Assembly (NCBI RefSeq): GCF_000621645.1
Contig: NZ_KK211324.1
Location: 1-27,577 of the forward strand
Source: Vibrio cholerae ATCC 14035
Lineage (GTDB): Bacteria; Pseudomonadota; Gammaproteobacteria; Enterobacterales; Vibrionaceae
Length of the DNA stretch: 27,577 nucleotides
Direction of reading: 5' to 3'
Shown here: positions 27,422 through 27,577 of the stretch, one piece after another
Position numbering within the stretch: the stretch's first letter is position 1
Layout of the letters: each line of letters begins with the position of its first letter
Notes under the pieces: model-generated
Databases searched by the model: none
What the model was told of the DNA's origin: nothing
Seen by the model: the letters and a program-made list of their open reading frames with translations, nothing else
Made by a program: the position numbers and the translations under genes

Positions 27422-27577
27422 TCTGTAATCCAACCTGCGTGGGGAAGACTTAACGTCACCGTTATGGAATTCGATTAAAGAGGAAACACACCCCACCTGC
27501 GTGGGGAAGACTTTGTATTCTTTGCCGCTTGCATGGATGTTGTAGAAACACCCCCACCTGCGTGGGGAAGACAATCG
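27422..27577 (-). CRISPR. Type I-E CRISPR array, trailer end, continuing beyond the window
   Basis: Repeat 3 (27545-27572) is gaaacacccccacctgcgtggggaagac. Repeat 2 (27483-27511) has one extra base. Repeat 1 (27422-27449) is degenerate and keeps only acctgcgtggggaagac. The two complete spacers are 33 bp each (27450-27482 and 27512-27544). The reverse complement GTCTTCCCCACGCAGGTGGGGGTGTTTC has the same stem-loop-plus-handle layout as the E. coli I-E repeat. The array is therefore read on the - strand, and the degenerate copy is the leader-distal terminal repeat. Confidence 0.9.

Larger units (their letters stand above)
24034..27577. mobile_element. Fis-proximal arm of a genomic island, truncated by the window edge
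   Basis: Housekeeping synteny ends at the fis terminator. The sequence beyond it is visibly more A/T-rich. It carries mobile-element-type genes (AlpA, a Xis-like HTH, YagK/YfjJ-Gp2), orphan ORFs, tandem repeats, iteron-like repeats and a CRISPR array. No integrase or right junction lies inside the window. Confidence 0.7.

Overview
About 24 kb of conserved gamma-proteobacterial housekeeping DNA, followed by about 3.5 kb of accessory DNA that runs off the right edge of the window. Gene order and protein sequences look like Vibrio, most like V. cholerae chromosome I. This is recognition from memory only; no database search was possible. Core genes, left to right: fre, a small 2Fe-2S ferredoxin and ubiD (minus strand, tightly coupled); two same-frame hypothetical ORFs separated by a single TAG; rho and trxA (minus); rhlB-gppA (plus); a very large symporter-fused hybrid sensor kinase of the CrbS/CbrA type (minus); an HcaT-like MFS transporter (minus); a cNMP/CBS nucleotidyltransferase plus DEDDh exonuclease pair; then acs, aroQ-accB-accC, prmA and dusB-fis (all plus). 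Conserved synteny stops immediately after the fis terminator at about 24034. What follows is visibly more A/T-rich. It contains a 12-bp tandem duplication, eleven perfect copies of a 10-bp tandem repeat, an orphan 211-aa ORF, two translationally coupled AlpA/Xis-type HTH genes, a YagK/YfjJ (inovirus Gp2) family gene, a cluster of TGATCA-core iteron-like repeats, and a membrane-anchored zinc-ribbon orphan gene. It ends with the degenerate trailer end of a type I-E CRISPR array that is transcribed on the minus strand and continues beyond the window. The most interesting hypothesis is that this is the fis-proximal arm of a satellite-like or P4-like mobile island. Its excision and replication module would be AlpA, the second HTH, the Gp2-like protein and the iterons. 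The island would carry a CRISPR-Cas locus, whose cas genes would lie just past the right edge, and no integrase lies within the window. All functional calls rest on remembered family motifs and on reading the sequence, so each needs database confirmation.
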